Positions 20,239 to 29,627 of a stretch of DNA of 32,000 nt are shown in pieces. How positions within the stretch are numbered: the first letter of the stretch is position 1; every line of letters begins with the position of its first letter. The position numbers were made by a program, and so were the translations under genes. The notes beneath the pieces were generated by a model that made no database searches, was not told the origin of the DNA, and saw only the letters and a list, made by a program, of their open reading frames with translations. The DNA is from Candidatus Saccharimonadota bacterium (GTDB lineage Bacteria; Patescibacteriota; Gracilibacteria; Absconditabacterales; Absconditicoccaceae), in assembly GCA_030429145.1 (NCBI GenBank), contig JAUIDC010000001.1, positions 180,001-212,000 on the forward strand, in the 5' to 3' direction.

Positions 20239-22449
20239 TTATTCGAGTGTCTTCTTTACTATCTTTAGGGAACCGACGTGTCTTTTCAATTCATTTATCA
20301 AGAATTGTATTTTAGAAGGATTATTTACATCGACTGTTAGATAGACGTACTGCTGTGCTTTTCCATGCATCTCTGAGTGGATGCCAGTAATATTGAGACG
20401 AAGCTGTGAGAATACCTCAAACATCTCTAGGAGGATACCTGGTTCATCTGCACACAGAAGCTTGAGAGAGAATCTGTATGTATTTCTCTGTTGGCCCACC
20501 CAGTGCGCTTCCATCAGTTTATTATACGAGATACTTTGGAGTGCTACACAGTCCATACGATGTACTTTGATACCATCTTTGCCTGAACGAGCAATAATTT
20601 TTTCTCCTACGGACGGACGACATTCAGGACAGAGGAAGTATCCAATACTGAGATCTCCATCAACCACAACAGTCTCTGCCAGTGGGGTTGGTGATGTTTT
20701 TGCTCTTTTTGCCTCTTTCTGTTTCAAGTGTTTGTCAGGTAGTATATCTTTATATATTTTTCTGACGAAAGTATAGTAACCAAACTGCTTATCAAGAAGT
20801 TGCAACAGCACACGATCAAATACCTCATTTTTATACTCTTTCGTGATACGGTCTTCTTTACTGTAGAGAGGTGGTAGATTAAGCTCTTTCAGTTTCATAT
20901 CCAGTAGCTTCAATGATTTGTCGAGAAGATGTTTTCTCTCTTTTGTCTTGAGGAATTTTGTCAATTTCGATTTTGCACTTGGTGTGTGTAAGTACTCAAA
21001 CCAGTTGCTTGACGCCGTGTGTTTGCTTTTGAAGGCGTTGACTACAACAATATCCCCTGTTTGTAAGGTATATGAAATAGGAGCAATACTACCGTTGACT
21101 GTCGCATTGTTAAATCTCAAACCAAGGTCAGTATGGATACGAAATGCAAAGTCTAAGACAGAGCTTCCTGCTGGCATCTCTATCACGTCACCTTTCTGGG
21201 TATACACGAAAATATTACGATCAAAAAGCTCTATGTTGAGTTCTGTTTTAAATTTTTCTTTATCTAACTCCGTTGTATATGCAGAGACAATCTCTTGCAG
21301 TTTTTTAATCCACTGCGCCTGACGCTCACTAATAGCAGTAGACCCACTATTTTCTGCATATGCAAAGTGCGCTGCCACGCCGTACTCTGCCACCTCGTCC
21401 ATCTCTTGTGTACGAATTTGAATCTCCACCGGGAAGTCAAACATACCGAGAATAGTAGTATGGATACTTTGGTATTCATTTGATTTAGGGATAGCGATAT
21501 AGTCTTTAATTTTTTTAATAAGTGGAATATAGTGTGCATGGATGATACCAAGGATATTGTAGCAGTTACCTATCGAGTCGGTAACGATACGAAACGCGAT
21601 CAGGTCGGTCACTTTCGATATATCCATAGAGTTGTATTTACGATTGAGTTTCTCGAAAATTCTGTAAGGACTCTTAATTCTACCGATAATATTGATCATC
21701 GGAAGTTTCTCCTCCTCGAGTAATTTTCTAATAATCTCCATTCACTTCTGCGTCACAGCGTCGTGTGCACCAAGCATCTTTTCAAGATAACCGAAAATCC
21801 TTTCAAACTCTTTCGGATGAAGAATCTTGAAAGCACCATTTTCCAAAAACTGTTGATAGTGGAATAACCCTAGTCTCTTTGCAATTGGCACGTAAATTTT
21901 CAACGTCTCCTCCGCGATACGATCTCTTTTTTCTTTTTTTGGATGGTAGTGCAGTGTCTGGATGTTATGGATACGGTCGACAAGTTTCACGAAAATTACA
22001 CGGAGGTCCTTACCCATAGCAAGAAATGTTTTCTTGAGTGTCTCAAGTTGTCTCTCCTCTCCAGAGTAACGCACCTTTGATACTTTTACCAACCCTTCAC
22101 AAAGTTCTGCGACCTCATCACCAAACTCTTTTTCAACGTCCTCGTAGGTAATAGGCGTATCCTCTATGACATCGTGCAAAATACACGTTTGAATCGTAGG
22201 AAGGTCCGGCTTCATAAGCATCAAAAAAAGAGTCGCACGAAGTGGATGTACGATGTAGGGCTCACCAGAAAGACGTTTCCCCTCTTGATGTGCCTTCTTT
22301 GTGAACTCATATGTACGTTGAATTTCTTTCAGATGTTTTGCAGGGAGATATTGTGCCGCAAGTTCTTTGATTTCGTCTACAAGAAATTGAGGATCCTCCG
22401 AGAAGATCGGCTCGTAATCAAAAAAGTGTTGGAGCTCTTTCAAATGCAT
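20239..22449 (-). CDS. rel: bifunctional (p)ppGpp synthetase/hydrolase (RelA/SpoT homologue, 736 aa)
   Basis: Track ORFs 21742..22449 and 20239..21741 share one frame and are joined by TGA 21742-21744. Domains: HD hydrolase (HPLRATL..ILHDVIEDT), synthetase (YIAIPKSNEYQSIHTTI..EIQIRTQEMDEVAEYGVAAH), TGS (FVYTQKGDVIEMPAGSSVLDFAFRIHTDLG) and a C-terminal ACT-like region. Stop is TAA at 20239-20241. Confidence 0.92.
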
Positions 22450-22456
22450 GTTTTAG

Positions 22457-22462
22457 ACTATA
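22457..22462 (-). promoter_or_regulatory. -10 hexamer TATAGT 7 nt upstream of the rel ATG (leaderless-type arrangement)
   Basis: The minus strand reads tgtgTATAGTctaaaacATG, with no Shine-Dalgarno motif. Confidence 0.35.
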
Positions 22463-22497
22463 CACATTGGTTTTTTTCTTTGCAAGAGAAAGTGAGA

Positions 22498-23040
22498 CTA
22501 TTGTCGGAGAATGAGAAGCAAATCAAGCAGATAGTGGATAAGCTGCTGCTGCCGAAGGACTATAGCAACAATCATAATACCCAGGGCGGTTCCCCAGAAA
22601 ATATCAGCTGGAAAATGTTTATTGAGAACAATACGCGAGAGACTCACCGCACTGTAAAATAGCACGGCAGCAGCAGCGACTAACCCGACAAACACTGCCT
22701 GTATTCCCTCGATCTGTCACAGTAAAAATAGCGTAAACGCAGCTACAATAAAGCTATTTGACGTATGGATACTCGGAAACGCACTTGCATTTATTTTCTG
22801 TCGCCACTTCGTAAATGGCATCGGATGAGGTCTTTCTTTAAAATAGAAAAATTTGATAACTACTCCGATCCCGTATGATAGCCCCAGCGCGACTACGAGC
22901 ATTGCACTCATAAGAACAGCCTGATCAATATCAAGATAGCTATATGCTAGCAACGCAAACAAAGCCACTGGTATAATCAACACAGGGATCTTGCCGAAGT
23001 GGGTGATAAACTGTCGTAGTCTTACTTCTTTATGATGCAT
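22498..23040 (-). CDS. PAP2-family phosphatase (undecaprenyl-diphosphatase/BcrC-like)
   Basis: Track ORFs 22717..23040 and 22498..22695 share one frame and are joined by TGA 22717-22719. PAP2 motifs: KFFYFKERPHP, FPSIHTS, SRIVLNKHFPADI. Stop is TAG at 22498-22500. Confidence 0.8.
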
Positions 23041-23058
23041 TCTCTTTATCTATATCAT

Positions 23059-24822
23059 CTAAAATCCGCTTTGTAGCTCAAGCATCTTCGCATAGTGTCC
23101 CTGTTGAGCGACGAGCTCATCATGCGTTCCTCTTTCAATCACCTTGCCCTGATCCAATACGATGATATCATCAGCCTGCTTCACCGTTTGTAGTCTGTGG
23201 GCAATAATAATGACTGTTCTTCATTGAAACAAGTTATGCATTGCTTTAGTAATAGCTTCTTCGCTCAAAGAATCAAGCGCAGAGGTTGGCTCATCCAACA
23301 AAACAATCTTTGGATTTTTCAAGAATATCTTTGCTATAGCCAAGCGCTGACGCTGTCCTCCTGACAAACGGATACCTTTCTCACCAATTTCTGTTTGCAG
23401 ACCGTCTTTGAAATCATAGATAAATTGACATTGCGCTAAGTCGAGGGCAGATTGTATATCTTGTAGCGTTGGATTTTTTGACAAGGAATATACGAGATTA
23501 TCGTAAATCGTCCCATCAAAAACATTTGGTTCCTGCGTAAGATACCCTATATGCGCATAATACGATTGTAATGACACAGATTCTTTTAGATTGTCTGTGG
23601 TCGGCAATTGTTGTCAGTCAACTGCGATATAGCCACCATCTACATGAAGATATCAAGCAATCAACTTCATAATGGTAGACTTACCTCATCACGAGACTCC
23701 AACCAAAGCCGTTTTACTTCCTCCTCCAATATCTAGACTAAAATCAGACAATACTGGTGTACTATGATACATAAAAGCTACCTTCTCAAAATGAATATCT
23801 CATCTTATATGCTCGAACTTCTTTCATGTATTATATCCTTTAATTTGTGGCGTTGTATCAAAAGTACGTCGCAGCTTAGTGACTCTTTGAAAGTTCTTTA
23901 CAAAGGCCTGATATATATCAATAGCACTTCTTGTCCCTGTGTCTAAGCTATTTGCAAGACCTAGATAGAGCACAATATCTGCGTAGCTAATATTTCACTG
24001 GAAAAAGTAATTATATCCTAACAGCAAGAATAATCCAATCGTGATAATTGTAATTGTTACCGTTGGAACATTGAAACCGATGTATTCATAGTGGTTCTTT
24101 TTTACATCGACTGCTTGCACTTTGTGGAATATGTCGCCCAGATTATTCGCCTCTACAGTAATTTTATTATTCACTAATATTTCAAACTTTGACATGATTG
24201 ACTTGATCGTCTGTCTCGTTAGATCATCGACAAGATCATTACGTTTCTCTCTCCAATGGTGACTAAAACGCAGAACATATATCTCAATCAATAAAGTAAT
24301 AATGAGAAATACATATAAAATCGTTGGCCCATACCAACCAATACGCGCAACAAGATAGGTCACAAATAGAAGTTGCATCACTGCTGACGATCACTTCACT
24401 GCAACATCCATCAGTAAACTGCCCCAAGCATCTATACCTTTATCAATAATAGCAAACATCTTTCACGTTCCGATAGATTCAGCAGCATTACTATCTAACC
24501 TAATAAACTTACCTAAATATTTGCGCCATAGGTTATTGAATAAAGTCCACATAGTCTTCACTCAAAAGTGCTTCATAGCAAAGTTATATAGCTGATAGCA
24601 AACAGCAAAAATCGCATACGCAATGATCGTATTGAAAAAAGCTCTTTGATCCCCCGTTTGTAGAAAGTGTGCTGCACGAGAAAGAACAAGAGTCGTGACT
24701 ATGCCATACAATGGCCATACCGACACATGTGCTACAGCTAATCAATATAATTTTCTAATATCCCATGCTGGTGCAAAAAACCTTTTCACCCCTCTCAAAA
24801 AAGAGTTCTTTTGTCAAGCCAT
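23059..24822 (-). CDS. ABC exporter, fused permease-ATPase (MsbA/multidrug type, 587 aa)
   Basis: One frame runs from ATG 24820-24822 to TAG 23059-23061 with at least ten TGA codons read as Gly. The N-terminal half holds six hydrophobic helices. The P-loop GVS-G-G-GKST has two consecutive TGA codons (23686-23691). Also [24 protein letters not shown] and IIIAHRL. Confidence 0.88.
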
Positions 24823-24852
24823 ACAATAGAAACAATGAGGAAATAATGAATC

Positions 24853-25260
24853 CTAAGACATCCCTAATGAGATAATACGATTATACTCTTCCTTTGTGAC
24901 CGGAGCAACCGATAAACGCTGCTGTTTCAAGAGGGTCATCTCTTGGAGGTTTTTTTCTTGTTTAATCTGTTCGAGAGTGACTGGTTTGTTAAGTTGCTTT
25001 TCAGGCACTAGGTCAACAGCCACCCATCTATCATCATCGGTTGTCGGATCTTGATAGGCTTCTTTGACGACCTTCGCTGTTCCAATAATTTCTTTTCACT
25101 CATTGCTGTGATACCAAAGGCAGATATCTCACTTTTTCATAGCCTGCAAGTTGTTGCGAGCCTGATAGTTTCTCACACCATCCCAAAATGTTTTCTTCTC
25201 TTTCACAAATTTTTCCCACGAATACTTATATGGTTCTGTCTTAATCAATCGATATTGCAT
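24853..25260 (-). CDS. EVE (PUA-like) domain protein (135 aa)
   Basis: ATG 25258-25260 to TAG 24853-24855. It is absent from the ORF track because of two TGA codons. The sequence MQYRLIKTEPYKYSWEKFVKEKKTFWDGVRNYQARNNLQAMKK-G-DICLWYHSNE-G-KEIIGTAKVVKEAYQD...LKQQRLSVAPVTKEEY matches the EVE pattern (KxEP..WDGVRNYQARN..GD..YHS..RLSV). Confidence 0.8.
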
Positions 25261-25293
25261 ACAAAAACATTCATATTGTAAATCTTCTAGTTC

Positions 25294-28071
25294 CTACTCA
25301 ATAATCTCTATCGGCGAGGTACTAATACGCGTCTTTCCATCTTCACCGAGGAGCACTGCTCTGACTTTGTCTCACTGCACAAGGTCTGCTGCAGCATCTA
25401 CGTACGGACACGGGCAGACATTACACTGCCCTGCGATGACACCTGCTGGAGTGTCAGGGATATCAATAAACTCAGGACAGCCATCTTCATCTTCCACTCC
25501 GTTCATATTTTCTGGCGTGTCTGGGCAGGCATCTTTGCTATCGGTGATACCATCACCATCTCTGTCATCATCAGGGATGATAAGACCTTCACAGATGTCG
25601 CCGATGAAATTACCATTGATATCTGCTTGGTCTGGATTGACAGTGAGTGAGCAGTTATCAAGTGTATCTCCCCTGCTGATACGATCAATCATCGTAAGGA
25701 TGATGGAGTTGTTAAGATCTGATGGGCGATATCTACACTGTGGTGGTTGACGAAGGATGAGGCCAAGCATATTTTTCTTGCCATCACCGTCAATATCCTC
25801 ATCACACATGTCTGGTATGGTGTCACCATCCATATCACATGCACCTGCTACTGGAGGCTTTTGCAAACAAAGTGGTACACCGAGCACTGTCACATGTGCT
25901 GCAGGATAAAATCGCTGCCCATCAGTATCTTCTACGCGAGCACGTATACGATAAATACCTGGTTTGATGTAGGTATACTCGTACCCATTGGTGATGCTAT
26001 TGTCAAATGTCAGTGACTGCCCATCTCACATATCGACTATGATGCGAGAGATATCAGGCCAGTTCAATCCATTGAGCACAAAGCGATAGTTCACTGGCTC
26101 GCCAGTATTCATCACAAGCTTTGCTGGAATAAGATCTACTCCTTGGTCGTTTCATGCTTGTAGTGGGAGTACGTTGATATTGATAATATTTGTTAGTTCG
26201 CTGCCATCAAGTAAGTAGATAGTTTGTTTGACGATCTTTGGTCCTGCTTCTGCGTAGGTATGAGTATATGTTGAAGAGTTGTTTGTTTGAATGATCCCGT
26301 CACCAAAATCCCATTTGATAGAAACGATATCTCTTCTCTGGATACCAGCTGTCACTGTTGTAAACGTAATAGGTTGTGAGATGGTAGGGTTGAGGTTGGA
26401 TGCTCTGAGATATGCAGAGATGTCACCATTGAGCGAGACAGATCCCTGTGCATATGCGACTATTTGTTGATCGTCGTATGCTTGTGCAACGATTGGATAG
26501 GTGCCTGCTGACTCATAAGCGAAAGAAACGACCTGTCCATTTGCACCCTCTTTTTGCTGAGTATTACTCTCCCACGCGATGCGTCAGACAGGACGAGTTG
26601 TGACAGGCGTGACGTTGATAGTTGCAGGCACATTTGCCGTCAGTGGATTTGGTAAAATTTGGAAACCGAGCGCTGCCTGCAAGTCCGGCACTACGACAAT
26701 CGTCGTTGTTGCTACATAGGTCTTTTTACCACCAAGCGCTGTAAGCACAACCTCATAGGTTCCTGGTCCTGGGAATGTGTGAGACACGGCTCTACCCTGC
26801 CCATAGGTACCATCACCAAAATCCCACGTAAAATCTTTCAACGCTCAGGTATATTGTGCTGCCAGTGCATAGGTACCATTTCTTATTTTTCTGCTGACAA
26901 TAGTGAGGCCAAAATATTCGCTCTCTGAACATGCGTCCCCTATCTCATCGTTATTGAAATCAGATTGGTCGGTATTGATAGTGAAGAGACAATTATCTAT
27001 TGGATCAGGATATTCTGCAATTACTTTCGTGTTAATATTTCCATTGTCATCAACGACTCCAATAGGGTTTTTCACTGTATCACCATCTATATCATCATCA
27101 CAGACGTCACCAATACCATCATTGTCTAGATCTCTCTGTGTGGGATTATAAGTCAGATAACAACTATCCGCATAGTCTTTGATACCATCCTTATCTTTAT
27201 CATCATCGTACACACAAGCCACCTTCTCTTTTACTCTTGCAAGAGAGGTCAACACCGTCGTTCCATCTACATAATCTCCAACATTGATACTATCTGCCTC
27301 ATCGGCAGAGATAATATCTTCAAGCACTAATATATTGAGTTCTGCAACCGGCCAAAATTGCTCTTGTGCGGTATCAAACTCACGCATACCACAGGCTTGG
27401 AGGTTAAACGTACAGTATTTGAGATAGACATTGAACTCATCGGCTGATTGCAGTGGCTGAGGCTGCGTGTATTGTGCAGCATTGCCTACAACAACGCCCT
27501 GCTCCTTGAGTGAAAAATATCTTCTGATGAGGGTGCTGTTGGCTGAACTTTGCATCCACTGCTCTATCTGTTGCCAGTCTGCAACATAGTGTGATGCTAT
27601 ACGCTCAGAAAGTATATTGATAATCACCTGTATAAAATCAGCAACCGTCGTATTGTTTGTTCCACAAAACTTTCCTCAACAAAGAGGACTCGTCTGTCTT
27701 GGGTATCCAGACATATATCACTGCTCAGCAACATAGGCAACACAGTAGTAGTTATTGTTCTCTTGTGTAGCAGGAGGTATGTATGAAACATCATCGAAAT
27801 TGACCGAGAGGTCGCTACGGAATGTTGTTCGCCAGGCAGAAGTAAGTCTATCTACTAGATCGCTACTCGGTCTACGACAGTCGTGACAGTCAACAAAGTT
27901 GAGCAGTCTTGCCACATCAAATCTTGAGACCACTGGTGCTGATTCTATGCTCGCAACATCTACGTTTACACTACGAAGCGAACGAGTAAAACTCTCGTAG
28001 TCGGCAAATGCTGCTCCTCCTACAAGTATCATACAGAGCGCTGACCACACTACGAGTAGTTTTTTTATCAT
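25294..28071 (-). CDS. 925-aa secreted surface protein: signal peptide, SLH-like region, thrombospondin type-3 (TSP3) Ca-binding repeats, about four PKD domains, second TSP3 block
   Basis: Track ORFs 27718..28071, 26845..27627, 26584..26841, 26152..26355 and 25372..25893 share one frame. I translated the gaps by hand and they hold only TGA (e.g. 27718, 27676, 26845, 26584, 26152, 26026, 25372). The true stop is TAG at 25294-25296. Signal peptide MIKKLLVVWSALCMILVGGAAFA. TSP3 strings DKDGIKDYADSC..NPTQRDLDNDGIGDVCDDDIDGD (about 26929-27210) and DMDGDTIPDMCDEDIDGDG..NPDQADINGNFIGDIC..DRDGDGITDSKDACPDTPE. PKD signatures WDFGDG (twice) and VDM-G-DG. Confidence 0.82.
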
Positions 28072-28103
28072 CCACTAATCAGTTGGGCAATATAAACAAG
28101 TTT

Positions 28104-28949
28104 TTATCTGAAACGAAAGAACGGACTTGCTGCACAGTTTTGCTGACATTCAAAGCCATTGATGACATACTGACCATTCTCTCTAATGATGTACGAATAC
28201 CATGTTTCACCATAAGTCAATCCGTCATTTTGCAAGATGTATGATGTGTTATACTGTACTACCATAGCATCTTCATTTCTTTGTACGATTGGATGATCTA
28301 TAACTGCATTTACATCACTTAGCTGTATGTCTCCGATGATGTTTTGCTTTCGACTCTCGAGTCTTGATGGACTGAAATACTGTACTAAGCCTGGATCAGT
28401 TGTGAATGTCGAATCAAACAGCGTTGGCATCTGATCAAACTTTCACTCATTGAAATACCCGTAAAATGTCTCAACCATCTTCTGTGCGTCGACAGGAAAT
28501 GCAGCATTGTCATTTGCTGGAAGCGGTAGCTGAGCATTTTGCTCTGTGTCAGTTGCACTTGCTCCGTTATTGTCCTGCTCTTCTCCACTCATAACATCTG
28601 CGCTATTGTTCTGCTCTGCCGGTACTGTGGTAGGCGGGTTATCTTTGTTGATCTGAATGTAGATACCCACGAGAACTAAGAGTGTTCCTAGCCCGAGAAC
28701 TATTAGTGACAAAAAATTATTTTTTCTCATGGCTGGATATTGTGATGTGAGTTCATCTTCTCGTAGGTTTTCATATGCCAAATCTTTGTCGATTGTTGCC
28801 GTACGATTGGCCGCTGTCTTTTTCGCTGTCGTTTTTTTCGCTGCAGTTTTCTTGGTTGTACTCTTTTTTGCTACAGCCGTTTTCTTCGTTTTCGCAGGTG
28901 CAGAACGGCGAGTAGAAGTTTTTTTTGCTGTTGTTTTTTTTGCAGGCAT
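28104..28949 (-). CDS. single-pass membrane protein with a histone-H1-like Lys/Ala/Thr-rich N-terminal tail and a C-terminal globular domain
   Basis: Track ORFs 28443..28955 and 28104..28430 share one frame and are joined by TGA 28443-28445. ATG is at 28947-28949 and TAA at 28104-28106. Order: tail, TM helix FLSLIVLGLGTLLVLVGIYIQI, a low-complexity linker, then about 150 aa (AQKMVETFYGYFNE-G-KFDQM...YIIRENGQYVINGFECQQN). Confidence 0.65.
28794..28949 (-). other. low-complexity segment coding the Lys/Ala/Thr-rich N-terminal tail of the membrane protein
   Basis: MPAKKTTAKKTSTRRSAPAKTKKTAVAKKSTTKKTAAKKTTAKKTAANRT. Confidence 0.7.
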
Positions 28950-29090
28950 AAGCACAAAATAGAAAATAAATAAAGCACTATTAAAAGTTTTATAGTAAAT
29001 TAATTGCCTATTGCAAGCACATAACAGAAAGAAAACTATTGAGAATACCTCGCATATAATTACTATCTCCTCCTGTGAGATTATTTCATT

Positions 29091-29102
29091 TTATCGCGAT
29101 AA
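29091..29102. promoter_or_regulatory. perfect 12-bp palindrome TTATCGCGATAA 18 nt upstream of the SET gene ATG (candidate operator)
   Basis: The palindrome is read directly. It lies in the 171-bp divergent spacer 28950-29120. No binding protein is known. Confidence 0.25.
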
Positions 29103-29120
29103 AAACATATTTGTCTTTCC

Positions 29121-29558
29121 ATGAACTATAGTACGTGACCACATCAACTACTCAGACCAGATGCATATAGCGTTCGTCGCTCCTCTGCTTGACTCGGTCT
29201 TTACGCAGAGCAACCTATCAAAAAAGGACAAAAAATTATTGAATATATTGGAGAAAGGATTTCAACTGCAGAAGCAGATCGTCGTGGTGGAAAGTACCTC
29301 TTCACTGTAAACTCACGCATCACTATCGATGGCACACCAAGATATAACACCGCTCGCTATATCAATCATAGCTGTAAACCCAATGCTGAACCTAGAGAAA
29401 ACAGTGGAAGAATTTACGCATATGCAATAAAAAATATTGCCGCATGAGAAGAGATTACCTACAATTATGGGAAAGAGTACCGAGAGCACTATATCAAACC
29501 TTACGGATGCAGATGTGCTGCATGCAAAAAAAATGTATGAACTAAAAAGAAAAAATAA
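29121..29558 (+). CDS. SET-domain protein-lysine methyltransferase (145 aa, minimal SET)
   Basis: ATG 29121 to TAA 29556-29558. It is missing from the ORF track because of four TGA codons. Motifs: SSA-G-LGLYAEQPIKKGQKIIEYIGERIS, RYINHSCKPNAE (NHSCxPN), IAA-G-EEITYNYG (ELTxDY), and a post-SET-like Cys cluster GCRCAACK. Confidence 0.85.
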
Positions 29559-29580
29559 TTTCTTACCTTGATTTTTTATA

Positions 29581-29616
29581 AGAAGCAGATACGAAAGAAC
29601 TGCTTCTTTATTTTGT
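29581..29616 (+). terminator. rho-independent terminator after the SET gene
   Basis: Stem AGAAGCAG (29581-29588) / CTGCTTCT (29600-29607) with an 11-nt loop, followed by TTATTTTGTT. Confidence 0.65.
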
Positions 29617-29627
29617 TATGAAAAAAC

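Noticed and set aside
25367-25750. Track ORFs inside or antisense to long genes. Examples: 25367..25750 (+), 25503..25688 (-), 13317..13523 (-), 12924..13250 (-), 20381..20776 (+), 20918..21322 (+), 17418..17729 (+), 6045..6323 (+), 1130..1330 (+).
   Set aside because: Each overlaps a well-supported conserved gene in another frame or strand and has low-complexity or motif-free translations.
25294-28071. Diversity-generating retroelement (DGR) target, given how common DGRs are in CPR bacteria and that this is a large surface protein.
   Set aside because: The window contains no reverse transcriptase, no template/variable repeat pair and no C-type-lectin-like C-terminus. The internal repeats are ordinary PKD/TSP3 domain repeats.
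28794-28949. Periodic ...TTTTTCGCTG... repeats (also at 18086-18256 and 8970-9050) as possible CRISPR or non-coding tandem repeats.
   Set aside because: The periodicity is imperfect and lies inside ORFs, where it encodes AKK/TAKK repeats. There are no unique spacers of constant length and no cas genes.
29008-29073. Minus-strand upstream mini-ORF (MRGILNSFLSVMCLQ) preceded by a strong GGAGGAG, in the spacer before the tail-membrane protein gene.
   Set aside because: It is only 15 codons. SD motifs are not used by the other genes here, and the purine run may be coincidental. I have no conservation evidence.
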